This document shows, piece by piece, positions 10,866 to 21,159 of a stretch of 64,000 nucleotides of DNA. The translations under genes were made by a program, and so were the position numbers. The stretch covers positions 131,212 through 195,211 of the IMG/VR virus record IMGVR_UViG_3300043540_000321. One strand, written 5' to 3'. Numbering within the stretch: the first letter of the stretch is position 1; each line of letters opens with the position of its first letter. Under the pieces are notes generated by a model. It saw nothing but the letters and a program-made list of their open reading frames with translations, searched no databases and had not been told where the DNA came from. This DNA comes from a virus.

Positions 10866-10936
10866 TGCCCCCAATAGGAATTGAACCTATGTAGACCCTT
10901 TTAAGGAGGGTTGCATAACCACTATGCTATGGGAGC
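10866..10936 (-). tRNA. tRNA-like gene with anticodon UUA (ochre suppressor-type or pseudo-tRNA)
   Basis: GCTCCCA-TA-GCAT-AGTGGTT-ATGC-A-ACCCT-CCTTAAA-AGGGT-CTAC-ATAGG-TTCAATT-CCTAT-TGGGGGC-A; complete cloverleaf with U8/A14, G15/C48, G18G19 and TTC; C33 is atypical; CCA not encoded. Confidence 0.85.
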
Positions 10937-10976
10937 AAGTTAATAGAGTGTTCATCCATTTTAACGAGAGGACATT

Positions 10977-11650
10977 ATGTCTGTACCTATCCTTCAAAAT
11001 TCTACCACAGTCCTGAACGCGCTGTTGAGAGGTCGGGTCGAAGGAGTTCTTACCGTGCTGGACCAGCATTGCAAATTAGAGGGCGAGGAGTTGTATAAAA
11101 CCTTCGTCGAGATTTGTGCAATCCATCTACAAATGGATGAAGAAGAAGTTAATTACTGGGCAAGAGATTATTTTGCAGAATATGTCAAAGACGAAGGAAG
11201 AGACCCCTCTTAGGGACCTAGATTACAGACCAGAGTTCCGCCGTCTGGTCTTGAAAGAAGACTCAACCTATTGGAAAAAAAGAGTTTGTCGAGAAGTGCG
11301 GTGGGGCTATCTATGCTGTCTACGTCTACGACTCTCGCGAAGTCACGCACCTGTGTGAACTAGACCCAAGTTACTGCTGCTACCTGGTGGAGTATTACCC
11401 GGAAGAGATGCCAGAGGATGAGTGGGAGCATGAGAGGCTCTTAGACGAGCTCGATGAGGCATGCAACTTAAGCTGTTTCGACGGCGATCGCGTCACCTAC
11501 TTTCACTGCTCTCAAGTTGACAAAATTCCGTTGGATAATACTCACCCGTGGTTAAGTAAGCACGCTGTCATGATTGATTATGAGACCAGTCCAGAAGACT
11601 GGGACTTAACCTACGAAGAAGCACTTAGTGAAGTCATAAGCGAGGCTTGA
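10977..11650 (+). other. Small hypothetical genes
   Basis: ORFs 10977-11213 and 11387-11650, acidic and phage-like. Confidence 0.55.
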
Positions 11651-11692
11651 CAAAAGAGGGGAAGTTAATAAACTTCCCCTCCTGCGTTACTA

Positions 11693-12253
11693 CTACTGCT
11701 GTGGGATTGAGGCAGGCACCGTTCCTTGAAGAGGTGCCGCGTTCGTCACAACTGTACTAGGGTCGATCGGAAGAGATTGGATGAGTTGAGTCAGAGTGGA
11801 TACTGGGACAGGCGCAGCCGAAGTAGCGACCGGAGCTGACTTGCCATCACGAGCTGCGAGATAATCGTCGATCGCGCTGCCGACCTGATCGTGAATTTTC
11901 TTCACAGGGTCGGGCAGCGCGACGGGAATATCCTTGGCGATCGCTTGCTCAAAACTGGAGTTCTCGAGGATGTGGTCGATCAGGTAAGAGATGTCTTTAT
12001 CTGAAACGCCTTCACCGAGGAAAAGTTTAACCGCAGACTCGACAGCTAAAAGATAAGCGTTATCATCCATAGCAGGGTAACGCGATCGCACAGCGGCGTC
12101 GACTGCATCGTAGATAGGTTTAATGAGAGCCTGGTATTTAATAACAGTGGCTTGCTTAAGATAAGGAGCAACCATGTTATTAATGACTTGAGTTAGGTAG
12201 CTCGCCACGAGATTAGACAGGGCTGGTAGAAGCTGAACAAGAGGTTCGAACAT
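11693..12253 (-). CDS. Hypothetical helical protein with Pro/Ala/Thr-rich tail
   Basis: 186-aa ORF ending at a bidirectional hairpin at ~11654-11681. Confidence 0.7.
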   Translation of the reverse strand: MFEPLVQLLPALSNLVASYLTQVINNMVAPYLKQATVIKYQALIKPIYDAVDAAVRSRYPAMDDNAYLLAVESAVKLFLGEGVSDKDISYLIDHILENSSFEQAIAKDIPVALPDPVKKIHDQVGSAIDDYLAARDGKSAPVATSAAPVPVSTLTQLIQSLPIDPSTVVTNAAPLQGTVPASIPQQ

Positions 12254-12425
12254 GATGAGTTTCCGGAAACATCAATCCCAACCTAGATTTTTATAGTGAA
12301 CAAAAAGTACGCGAGGAATTTTTGATGCCTGAAAAAGAGCTCAAGGTTAAAAACCTCCTATTAAGTTTGTTTCGCGCAGCTCGCATCGGAATTAGCGGTC
12401 AAGTGGAAATGAGAGGAGGGTCTTA

Positions 12426-12893
12426 ATGAAGTTGATTAAACTGATTGATGAAAACAAGCAAAAATTAGCAGATGGCTGCATTTTGCCAGACGGACAGGTG
12501 GCGATTGCCTGGTGTGATCTGCTGACTCATGGCACCTACCCAGACATCGAGTCGCTTGTAGCCATTCAATCGAAGATTCCAGGGCGAGAAATTGTAGACC
12601 ACGTGACTGACCTTAATCAGAAATGGTCCGGGATCGATTTCTACGGTTTCTCGCTAGTCAGAGATGAAGATGTAACAGGGGTAAGCGGTAAGGGTGTCGT
12701 TGCTGTAGGGTGCAAGTTCCCCCGTCGGATGGTAGTGTTGCAATGGGTAGTTGGCATCCCTTCGACCTTCTGGTATCCAAACCTTGAAACTTTAAGGGTT
12801 TTACATGGACACAACGGAAAAACTCGGATCGTTCCGTGTCTGAAGTCAGGGGTTTCCGCTCCCTCCCCAACCCACGGAGGATTCGATGAGTAA
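12426..12893 (+). CDS. Phage hypothetical protein with an internally duplicated domain
   Basis: AGGAGG SD; FSLVRDEDVTGVSGKGVVAVG...HGHNGKTRIV motif; N-half DGCILPDGQVAIAW echoes C-half GCKFPRRMVVLQW. Confidence 0.65.
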   Translation: MKLIKLIDENKQKLADGCILPDGQVAIAWCDLLTHGTYPDIESLVAIQSKIPGREIVDHVTDLNQKWSGIDFYGFSLVRDEDVTGVSGKGVVAVGCKFPRRMVVLQWVVGIPSTFWYPNLETLRVLHGHNGKTRIVPCLKSGVSAPSPTHGGFDE

Positions 12894-13932
12894 AGTTATT
12901 TGGCTTCTTATAGAAACGGAGTTCCGAGGCCCTTACATTATTGAGATGACAAAGGAAGCCATTCTCAGAGTTCAAGAGTTGGCCGCTCATGTCTTGTCTA
13001 TCAGAGGAATGTGGTCCGTCAAGATTGACCTCAGCACCATAGGTGGGATCACCGTTTACAAGGTCGGCGACAACGAACAAGTTCTCGCCCAGTTTGACCA
13101 CAAAAATTACACCGTCGTATCTGAAGAGTCTTCCAGACCCAAAGAGGCGTTTTTCGTCTCTCTATGTGTCGCTGAGGTCTTAGCAGGTATGGAAGAGGCA
13201 ATGGTCATTCAGTTCGCCGCGGATGGTGGAGATGATGAGACCGAAGAAATGTTTACCATCCCTAATTTATTGGAGGAGTTTGAACGAATTTAGCCTGCAC
13301 TCCCCCATCCTCGCCAGCAGGTGGGGGAGCTTCATCGGTATGTGTTTAGGAGAATTAGACGGGAAGCCCAGCGCTGTACCGCTTCGGTCAGCGTCGGGTA
13401 AGTCACCGCGTGAGAGCAAGGAGAAATAATGCTATCTCAAAATCTAATCAAGACTATTTGTACGGAGATGACAGGAGGCTCTTCCTGTTATTTCATCCAG
13501 GGGCACAACCTGGCGATCTGTCATCTGGAGATGGATGAAGCGGACTGGGTCTTCATTGATAAAGTGCGGAGTTCGAGTGTCGATCGCATGTTCGACATGC
13601 GAAACCAACGGTTATTAAAGTACGAGCCAGCGGTTAGATGGCTGCGCCCAGTTCTCGAAGAGTACTTCCAAATGAGAGACCTGAGCTGGAGCGACGAAGA
13701 CCAGCAGAACGCCCTCCGAGAAGGGTGGGGGCTCTTCCACGTAGACGACGTCTACCCTGAGATCCAGAAGTTCGACGAGGCTTGCGTCTTTGAATCTGAC
13801 GCCAGCGCGGTCGCTCACATTATGGGTGCTGTTAAGTTCTCTGATGATTGTCCGGAGTACTACAGAAAAGCCTGGGCGATTCACAGCCTATTCGCCGCAC
13901 ATTCCCTCAACAGAAATCCGATCCAGGTATGA
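12886..13932 (+). other. Hypothetical genes
   Basis: ORFs 12886-13293 and 13429-13932. Confidence 0.65.
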
Positions 13933-14840
13933 GTCAAGCCGAGCATAGTGAACTGAGAGATATCCCAGGTCTGGAGGGGATATATGGAATCACGCCAGAC
14001 GGGCGGGTGTGGAGCTACCGAACCCAACGGTGGGCGACCCGCTATTACACCAAGACGAGCACCCGTCGCCTGGAAGTATCTCTTGGAGTCGGGGGTCGCA
14101 GGTTATCTTTTCGAGTCGACCATCTCCTTGCTATCACCTACGTTCCCAACCCAAACCACGATCGCTATGCTCGGTTTATTAATCCGGATGGACCTGTCCA
14201 TGTGAGTAATGTCGGTTGGTTCCCTGAACCCGACCAACGAGAGGAGAGTCCGATCAGTCGAGAATCGATAATGGCTCGCCTCTCGAGAGAACGAGGTCAG
14301 GAGGATGGGTTCGAAATTATTAAAAAGGACATTTTGCCCGATGAGGAGCTACTTGAAGTTCCCGACGTGCCGGATGTCTTAGTGACCCGAACCGGTCGAG
14401 TATTCAAACGCCACCCTCGGCAGCATGTTCGGGATTATCGAGAGCTTAAGACCTATTCCAACTCAAAGGGGGTTGGAACGCCTAAGGTAACCGTAGAGGG
14501 AAAGACCTACAAGGTGAAAGACCTTTTAGCACGAGCCTTCTGTGAGAATCCAAACCCCATCCGATTTCGATACGTCCGGCATGTCAACAACTTGCTGACC
14601 GATATTCACGTAGACAACCTCTACTGGGCAGAGCGCCCTTACTCCCCCTACGACCGATTAGAAGTTCAAGAGCTTCGTCAGGTCTCTCAAAAGCGCGGGA
14701 TATCCAGTCACGGGCAGGATCGGGAAGACCTTATTTTCAAACTTGTTGAAAAAGACCTCGAATCCAGGCTGACATCTGGATTACAAGAGTGGATTGATTA
14801 TTTTTCTAGAAAATCTAATGGAGACCCGAATGACACCTAA
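13929..14840 (+). CDS. Tandem NUMOD4/HNH-like protein with a C-terminal Rho_N/HeH-like domain
   Basis: Repeat 1 IPGLEGIYGITPDGRVWS...VDHLLAITYVPNP...VSNVGW; repeat 2 VPDVPDVLVTRTGRVF...VKDLLARAFCENP...RHVNNLLTDIHVDNLYW; likely start ATG 13929. Confidence 0.75.
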   Translation: MSQAEHSELRDIPGLEGIYGITPDGRVWSYRTQRWATRYYTKTSTRRLEVSLGVGGRRLSFRVDHLLAITYVPNPNHDRYARFINPDGPVHVSNVGWFPEPDQREESPISRESIMARLSRERGQEDGFEIIKKDILPDEELLEVPDVPDVLVTRTGRVFKRHPRQHVRDYRELKTYSNSKGVGTPKVTVEGKTYKVKDLLARAFCENPNPIRFRYVRHVNNLLTDIHVDNLYWAERPYSPYDRLEVQELRQVSQKRGISSHGQDREDLIFKLVEKDLESRLTSGLQEWIDYFSRKSNGDPNDT

Positions 14841-15599
14841 ACAGTTCAAAGAACTCTATCTGCAAGAAGACCACGTCCTTGAGTTTCAAGACTATCAGCA
14901 GGCTATCGACGCCCAGAACGCCATTAACGCATCTGGGCTGATCTTTAGCTTGGGACGGGTCATGGAGAAGATTAATAAAGAGGCGACCGAGCGGAACCAG
15001 GGCGGAACCTTTCGCAATTCCCACCCTATTCTTCGAATGTATCTGGAACAGCTCACGTTCTTGTGTGGTTATGACCTGGACGAGCAAGAGGCGCACGGTC
15101 TTCAGATCACAGAGTGTGAGAAAGCAGGGATGCCCTACATGACCGCGTACGACATCTGTATGGAAAAGGCGAGGTTGGAGGATGTCTGAATTCAGTCCGA
15201 AAGAACTGGCGACAGTGCTCGCCGCCCTGCGGTTCTGGCAACGGTCAGTTAAAGGAACAACACCCCGAATTATTGAAGGATACGAGCACTTCATTGTCTC
15301 AGAGCAAACGCCTCTGGAAGACCATGAAATAGACAACCTGTGCGAGAGACTAAATTTTGGAGAAGAGTATGACTGTAAAAGCGAGTCGACTTCCGACTCA
15401 CATTCAAGTTGACCTTTACTACAGAACGGTATCCAGGCATCGAAATTAAATCTATGTATGCCAATTATGATGGCACTGTCTATGTCAGCTTCAGTTTTCC
15501 CGGCGGCAAGTATACCACTGAGTGGAGGCTTGAGGACGGAGTGGAGAAGCTGTTCATTAGAAGAGATGATCTAGATGCCTGGAACGAGTATGTCGACTA

Positions 15600-15770
15600 A
15601 TCGATCGACTCAATATTAAAACTCTCAGACATCTCGCCTGGGGACGAAAAATTTCTATCCGAGAAGGAGCAAGAATCCTATCGAAGGAGGAATTAATTAT
15701 TAAAATCGTCCAGGCCGACCTGAGAAGTGATGCAGTAGGGATTGTGGAGTGGGAAGATTATTTCTCTAGA
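15600..15770 (+). CDS. Small Rho_N/HeH-like ORF paralogous to the C-terminus of 13929-14840 (start unclear)
   Basis: IDRLNIKTLRHLAWGRKIS...SKEELIIKIVQADL...IVEWEDYF versus YDRLEVQELRQVSQKRGIS...DREDLIFKLVEKDL...LQEWIDYF. Confidence 0.55.
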
Positions 15771-17089
15771 CAAAACCAAACGCTAAGCTGATAGATGATT
15801 TCTACAGAAGAAGTCGTAGACTTCGAAGGCTTCGCTGACCTAACAGGTCTGGGATACAGATCTTATACGGAGCGAGTGTTAAGCGTGCTGGATGTTCCTA
15901 TCGAAGTGTGGGACTACGCCGCGACATTATCCAAAATGATAGATGAGAATATGCTCTGCTTGAACCTTGAGCGAGCGATTTACATCTGTGAGTACCCTGT
16001 CCGTAGAGGAGAGGAGCTGCCAGAGCAGGCCGCGAAATTATTAATAATCTTACGCCAAGCCAGATTTCTAGGATACGAATTCGTCTTCTTATTTCACGGA
16101 GAATTTTGATGGCCCTTAGCCCGAACGTTAAAACCTTTATTAATTTTCTTGAGAAAGAGTGGGCAGTCGAACCTGTAACTCTCGAGAATTTATCGACACT
16201 GGTAGACAAGTTCCAACTGGAGTATCCTTACGACGAAACCAAAGACATTCTGCCGTACTGGTGTGCTGAGGATGCAAAAACTGCTGCCGGCATGTGTAAA
16301 CCAGGGATGACATTGTCGGATGATGATGCTGAAATAGTGCTGGAACATGCGGCTGACAAATTTGATGCCAACCTCGGAATCAATTGGGACATCTTACAGT
16401 TCCATATTCAGTATCTCCTCGACATAGAGGAGATTACTCTGATTTCTGACCCAGACTACGTGTTAGAAGGATCGGAGGATTTCTAATGTTGCCGGTAGAA
16501 ATAAAAGACCAGTTAATGCGGCGATCGCTCCAAGATGTTCGCCAGCTCAGGCTGGAGGCTGAGAACTTCTTTAATTACGGGCATCTTCCCACTGCCTCTA
16601 CAGAGTTCGGGAGGTTAATTCTCGAAACCAAGGGAGAAATCACACGTCCGAACATTCAGACGGCAGCCACCGGCATATACTTGGCGGCGATCGAGATGCG
16701 TGAGTACCGCTACGAAGGAGACCCGCAATGATAGATTTCAGCGCTATGTCTCTGGAGCAACTTCTTGCCATTGACACCAAGAGTCTCTCTAATGAGGACC
16801 TCCGCGCTTCTACGAAGAGCTCGCGAAGCATGAGGTGAAGATGACCTACTTAACACGCCAGAGGAATACCAATGCCTAACTACGTTGTTGCCGTGCGCGA
16901 GGTTCATATCGCATATTACGACGTGAGCGATGCGTCTGACCCCGTAGACGCGATAAAAGCCGTCAAAGAAAGAAGAGCAAACACCACTTATGTGGAGGGA
17001 GCGCTCGAATATTCCCATGAGCTTGACTCCTCGACCTGGAGTGTGGAAGACGAGGAAGGGCAGGTAATAACGTATCCGCTGCAATAACC

Positions 17090-17121
17090 AAAGAGTCCCT
17101 GACCACCCAGGGACTCTTTTA
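17090..17121 (+). terminator. Intrinsic terminator
   Basis: AAAGAGTCCCTG/CAGGGACTCTTT stem plus T-run. Confidence 0.85.
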
Positions 17122-17494
17122 ATAAAACTTCAATTGCGAATGAGGAAGAGATGACTGAAAGTAAAACCAATATTACCGAAGAGCTACGATCTCACTTTCA
17201 AGCGATCGTGTCTGGGAAATACGACAACTTCTGTCTGCTCTCGTGTTTCGTTAACGACGAACCCGGGGCAGCTATCTGCGCTGTAAGTGTCAGTGAAGAA
17301 GGAGAAGAGTTTGTTATCGAGCCTCTATTCGTGTCCGTCACACCCTCCATGAGGATTGTCGACCATGAGGGAAGGGAGGCGAGAGAAGAGAATGAGTGAA
17401 GTAGAGCTATACACCGGCATTTTTGGCTGGAACAGAGCCGAGCGCATTACTGACCGGTATGGGTCGGTCAAACTGTTTAATAAGGAATCTAAAA

Positions 17495-17689
17495 ATGGAC
17501 ATCTCTAAGCAAGTTTACGAACTAGCCTTGATTGCTGTAGAAGAAAACGAAGATTGCGTGGGGTTCTGTCTAGCCTGCGGGACGGAGCACAGTGATGTCG
17601 AACCCGATGCCCAAGAATATGAGTGTGAAGCCTGTGGCGAACCTGCCGTGTATGGTGCTGAGCAAATCGTTATTATGGGCGGGTTCTGA
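17495..17689 (+). CDS. Small zinc-ribbon protein
   Basis: CLACG...VEPDA...CEACG motif; likely start ATG 17495. Confidence 0.75.
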   Translation: MDISKQVYELALIAVEENEDCVGFCLACGTEHSDVEPDAQEYECEACGEPAVYGAEQIVIMGGF

Positions 17690-17695
17690 CGAACT

Positions 17696-18349
17696 ATGAA
17701 AATGACTGAAACTCAAACCCGGGTTAGCCTCGGGCGTTTACAGGAATTATTAAAGTCTACGTGGTTGCCTATTGTCGAAGGTCTGCACGATGAATTCGAC
17801 TACCTGGATATCTACAAAAATACGAAGCCTCATGTTGGCTACGAAGGATATATCCCTTTCGTTGATGGGGGAGCTGAGTTTTGGGTGATGATTAGCTCCT
17901 GGGAGATTATTGAGAACTCTTGGTTCCAGACCACGATCGGGCCTGCGCTGCAAAAGTCCTTCTGGGATGAAGTTAATACAGCGGACGACGCTGAGTCCGG
18001 CAAGGACGAAAAGTTCTTTGATGAGCAGCTAGATTACTACGACTCGTATGAGGCCGGTGTCTGGCTGAAATGCCGATGCTTGGTGGAAGAGTTGGAAGAT
18101 GGGTCTTGGGAAGCTTCCTTCGATAGCTACCTCTGTGAAGATAATTACGGACGAGACTACATCTCCTGGCTGAGGTGCTACGGTGCGAATCCTAACCAAA
18201 CCGTCGGCGACTTCCTTGAGGTTGTCCACCAAAACGACTTCGAGACGGAAGAGGGTCTAGTGAAGTTCCTTCGGAATGTAGCCCAACAACAGGTCGACTA
18301 CCTTAAGCAGTTAAGAGATGGGATAGAGGAAAAAGAGGAGGAGAGTTAG
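17696..18349 (+). CDS. Acidic hypothetical protein
   Basis: 217-aa D/E-rich ORF. Confidence 0.7.
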   Translation: MKMTETQTRVSLGRLQELLKSTWLPIVEGLHDEFDYLDIYKNTKPHVGYEGYIPFVDGGAEFWVMISSWEIIENSWFQTTIGPALQKSFWDEVNTADDAESGKDEKFFDEQLDYYDSYEAGVWLKCRCLVEELEDGSWEASFDSYLCEDNYGRDYISWLRCYGANPNQTVGDFLEVVHQNDFETEEGLVKFLRNVAQQQVDYLKQLRDGIEEKEEES

Positions 18350-19035
18350 TGGAAAGTCAACCTATCGGTGAGAAAGTTATGCACTTAGACGACATTGTAA
18401 AAAGGTTCTTGCATACGAATGAGGTTTCCCTCAAGTACGAACTGGTCGAAGAGACAGAAGACTTTACAGTATTCCGTATACAACTTAATCCCCTTCTGGA
18501 AGAAACTGCCCCCAAACGCTGGGAGTACTGTGTTTACATTCCAAGCTTGGATGCCTTCTACTGTGAAGAGACGGCTGACGATGCCATTCGGTTAGGACAG
18601 AAAATGTCCAAGGTCGAGATCATTTGCCCGAACGACATCTATAATGCCCCAGTTCTTTCTTCTAGAACTGCCCTATGGACTTTGACCGATGGTTGGCATC
18701 GTCATTTGGAAGAGCTGCCTGATGGTTTCTTAGATGATATCGAGCAAGACCAGGTCTTGCTCAAGATCCACGTCGATGAGGACCTCGATGGCGAACGGTG
18801 CATCCAAATTGGTTCTGTGTGGTTCCAAGACCATCCGGTTATGATCTATCGTCATGCCGGACGTGGAGGACATGACCAGTATGGACGGTTCATCACTGAC
18901 CCCGTCCGATTTGAACAGATGATCAGTTATCTTCGAAGTCTGAAACAGCAAGTCGAGCCCGAGTACAACGTCTATGACCCGAACGAACCCTCTCTCGACT
19001 TGACCTACTTCTATGGGGTGTACTGGAACTTTTAA
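18349..19035 (+). CDS. Hypothetical protein, paralog A
   Basis: Shares CPNDIYNAP, GSVWF..PVMIYRHA, RFIT and YDPNEPS with 19304-19945. Confidence 0.8.
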   Translation: MESQPIGEKVMHLDDIVKRFLHTNEVSLKYELVEETEDFTVFRIQLNPLLEETAPKRWEYCVYIPSLDAFYCEETADDAIRLGQKMSKVEIICPNDIYNAPVLSSRTALWTLTDGWHRHLEELPDGFLDDIEQDQVLLKIHVDEDLDGERCIQIGSVWFQDHPVMIYRHAGRGGHDQYGRFITDPVRFEQMISYLRSLKQQVEPEYNVYDPNEPSLDLTYFYGVYWNF

Positions 19036-19043
19036 CAAACACG

Positions 19044-21089
19044 ATGACTAAAAGTTGCACCTGCTGGAAAATCCCAGATGGATTTCCACCTGTTATGGGC
19101 GATGCCCTTTTTTCTAAACCTGGACAGAAAGGAACTAGCTGCGGCAAAGTTCACGCCCGAGGTGATGAAGGCTGCTGGATGTACATTAACGACCGCCGTC
19201 CTTCAAGGGAGGCAATTTTAGAGGGAGTTCTAGAAGACAAGTCGCAGTACACATTAATTAGGTACTGCGAAGAGGTTTACGAAGTTGAGTTTGAGGATAA
19301 ATCATGCTAAAGGAAGAAGTACTCAAGGAAGTATTTCCATACGCAGATAAGACGGAGCTTATAGAATGTGAGCTCGTATTTCAAAATGAAAACTTCGCAA
19401 TCTTAAGTTTTCCGTCGAGTCTGCCTCTCCAAGACCGAACTTATGTGATATACGTCTTTAACGTCGAAGACTGGTTTGCAGAAAGTAGCTACGAAAAAGC
19501 GGTAGCCATCGGCGAGAAGTTAACTCACTCACTTCTCTGCCCAAACGATATTTACAACGCGCCGTACGAAGAAACTTATCACTTAGGTGTCTTAACCAAC
19601 AGGTGGTACCTACACCTTCCAGAGTTGCCCGAGGGCTCGCTCGATTCTGTTGAGCAGACCAGAGTGATGTGTCGAACTCACATCAACGGCGAGAGATGCT
19701 TCATCGTCGGCTCCGTTTGGTTCGATGGCAAACCTGTAATGATTTACCGTCACGCCTGGCAAGGAGGTCGAGATGTGTGCGATCGCTTCATCACAGAGGG
19801 GGAACTGTTCGACGAGATGATTCGATATCTGAGAAGTCTTCTCCCAGTAAAAGGTGAGAAAAAGGTCTACGACCCGAACGAGCCGTCTGTGGAATTGAGC
19901 AGGTTTTACGGACGATTTATAGAGGTTCCAAAAGGAAATGCCTGAGACGAACCAGTGGGTTAGCACAAGAGAAAGAATGCCGACGGAGTTTGGTCGTAAA
20001 TACCTGATTTTCCATAGACACGACGAGCTCCAACTAGCGTATTTCGACGGAAAGCATTGGTGGGACCACGAAGATTCTGACTACGAATATATGTCCTCGG
20101 TACTCTTTTGGATGGATGTAGAACTTCCTCGACGAATCTATGACCGACAATAAGAAATACACTCTTGTTAAATTTCGCGGAGAGCGCTACAAAGTCGAGT
20201 TTCTCGACCCAGGGTGGGACGGCTGTCCTCTGTTCCTATTTGGACATGAGTTCGGTCCCACCCATCTTATTCGTGCTGACCATTATGGCTCGGCGTGGGA
20301 AGAGTGGTTAGATGAGCAACCACCCATTAAAAAGGATGACCTGTGGCTGGCGTATGGGTTCAACTCCGAAGATTCTTACAAAGCGTTCTGCCTCCTGTTC
20401 CAAATGGGATTGAAGGAGCAAGCCTGGGCGATCGCCAAGTCCGAGGGAATCGACGGGTCTGGCGTTTCAGTACCAGAGGACTATCCCCCTATCATCGAAG
20501 GGTATGACTACCAGCCCAACGCCACCGGCACTGGCATCGTGGATGTGGGACACTACGTTTGGGTCGCTCAACTCAGAAATGGAGAGTGGGTTCGTATATG
20601 AGTGAGCTAGAAGAGGCAATTAAAGGCTGGGAAGAGGCTGCTCAGCACGAAGAAGCAGTGTTTAAGGGAACCAACGGTCGACTTGGCAACCTCAACCTTG
20701 CGAATACCTGTCGGCGGGCAGCCGAAGCTCTGAGAATTCGGCAGAGGACTGGGAAGGTTGTTTGTGTCTGCCACTTTCTACCCTATGAAGCTTGTCGGAG
20801 GTTAAAGGGAAAATGAAAGAGGTCGAGTGCCTCAAGAATTGATTGATAGGAGCGATCACTTTTCAGACCCGCCTATTTGCCAGCATAGAAGCTGAACCAT
20901 TTGGGCACTCGTATGAAGGTTAAACTCTCTCCGGAGTTGAAAACAAAACTCATCTCCTTTATCAGCACCTACGCGATCGCATTTTTCACAGGCTCCGTCA
21001 GCGACTTGGGTGTGTTGGGTGCCACCCTTCAAGAGCTGGCTGACCTGGTGAAGGCTGAGGACGCTAAGGAAAATCCCAGCAAGCAGTAG
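19044..21089 (+). other. Further small hypothetical genes
   Basis: ORFs 19044-19310, 19938-20153 (DUF551-like WVSTRERMP start), 20140-20601, ~20598-20816 and ~20913-21089. Confidence 0.6.
19304..19945 (+). CDS. Hypothetical protein, paralog B
   Basis: Shares the motif set of 18349-19035. Confidence 0.8.
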   Translation: MLKEEVLKEVFPYADKTELIECELVFQNENFAILSFPSSLPLQDRTYVIYVFNVEDWFAESSYEKAVAIGEKLTHSLLCPNDIYNAPYEETYHLGVLTNRWYLHLPELPEGSLDSVEQTRVMCRTHINGERCFIVGSVWFDGKPVMIYRHAWQGGRDVCDRFITEGELFDEMIRYLRSLLPVKGEKKVYDPNEPSVELSRFYGRFIEVPKGNA

Positions 21090-21103
21090 TTTTCTCGTAG
21101 ATG

Positions 21104-21139
21104 AAAAGAGGTAGCCGGCGGCGGCTACCCCTTTTTTTT
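21104..21139. terminator. Bidirectional intrinsic terminator
   Basis: AAAAGAGGTAGCC/GGCTACCCCTTTT between convergent genes. Confidence 0.8.
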
Positions 21140-21159
21140 ATTAAATGAACCGTTCAAAC

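Larger units (their letters stand above)
14830..17399 (+). other. Run of small hypothetical genes
   Basis: ORFs 14830-15189, 15182-15412, 15409-15600, 15795-16109, 16106-16486, 16486-16731, 16872-17087 and 17151-17399, with overlapping start/stop codons. Confidence 0.65.

Noticed and set aside
10866-10936. Reading the tRNA as Leu(UAA) by shifting the loop register
   Set aside because: That register gives two mismatches in the anticodon stem and an extra base after the D-arm, and there is no long variable arm; the UUA register pairs perfectly
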